Of a stretch of DNA of 64,000 nt, positions 63,539 to 64,000 are shown in pieces (within the stretch, counting starts at the first letter, position 1; the number at the start of each line of letters is the position of its first letter). A model generated the notes under the pieces. That model was not told where the DNA came from and did not search any database. It was given only the letters and a program-made list of their open reading frames with translations. Source of the DNA: Macrostomum lignano (taxonomy: Eukaryota); NCBI GenBank assembly GCA_002269645.1, contig NIVC01000219.1, forward strand, positions 124,001 to 188,000. The letters run 5' to 3'. A program made the translations under genes and the position numbers.

Positions 63539-64000
63539 GTTTGTAGTAGTATTTTTATTTATGGGACGTCTTGTTAACTAAATATGATAACTCATTTAAA
63601 CATCGCTGCTTTGCATGCCGAATTTTAACAAGCTGTGTGAAAACGAACCTATCCAGATACTGTTTGGTCGCAAGTCGGTAAAGTCATAATCTATAGTTCC
63701 TGTAGTTTTTTTAGTTTACCAACTGTTTTTTCCCGTTTGTTCGCAAATTCACTCATGGTCACCTGATCAAGTCTCAATGAACGAAACGCTAACTGTTTTT
63801 TACTGTTGTCCAGTGTCTGCCCTCTATATCGTTGTGCATTAATAGCAACCTTAGAAAAGCAATATCGCTAGCATTGACGCTATGTACAAGAGCATTGAAT
63901 TCTTCAAGGAGCCCCATGCCGGAAGATCAAAGCTTGCGTTCTCAAAGTGAATTTGTCGCATGACCTGACATGAAAATATGACATATAGAACCGTAAAGCT

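Overview
Eukaryotic (animal) genomic DNA with GC-rich exons, GT-AG introns and very dense simple repeats. The style resembles a repeat-rich invertebrate such as the flatworm Macrostomum, but that is only an inference. The ORF track uses prokaryotic starts and is mostly repeat noise, so I rebuilt the gene models by hand from phase-compatible splice sites. Genes: an AT-hook + ankyrin-repeat gene (-, 16-4197), IWS1 (+, 7212-11857), a 12-exon MATE/SLC47 transporter (-, 15723-26336), five intronless paralogues encoding secreted PAN/apple-like + LamG/pentraxin-like proteins in mixed orientations (27563-41435, one a pseudogene), a single-exon C-terminal RING gene (+, 43856-44389), and the 5' part of a multi-PLAT LOXHD1-like gene (+, 47304 to beyond 63538). 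Most long introns carry their own private minisatellite. Mobile elements: a Harbinger deletion derivative, a 5'-truncated RNase H-bearing LINE with a 13-bp TSD, two tRNA-derived SINE families, foldback elements, and an intron-containing Crypton-type tyrosine recombinase remnant. The best candidate for an undescribed system is the PAN-LamG cluster. All five copies share a near-identical, ungapped 178-bp core that joins one of two N-terminal modules to one of three C-terminal modules in mixed combinations, with four-gamete evidence of recombination and an inverted geometry that would allow domain swapping by inversion.
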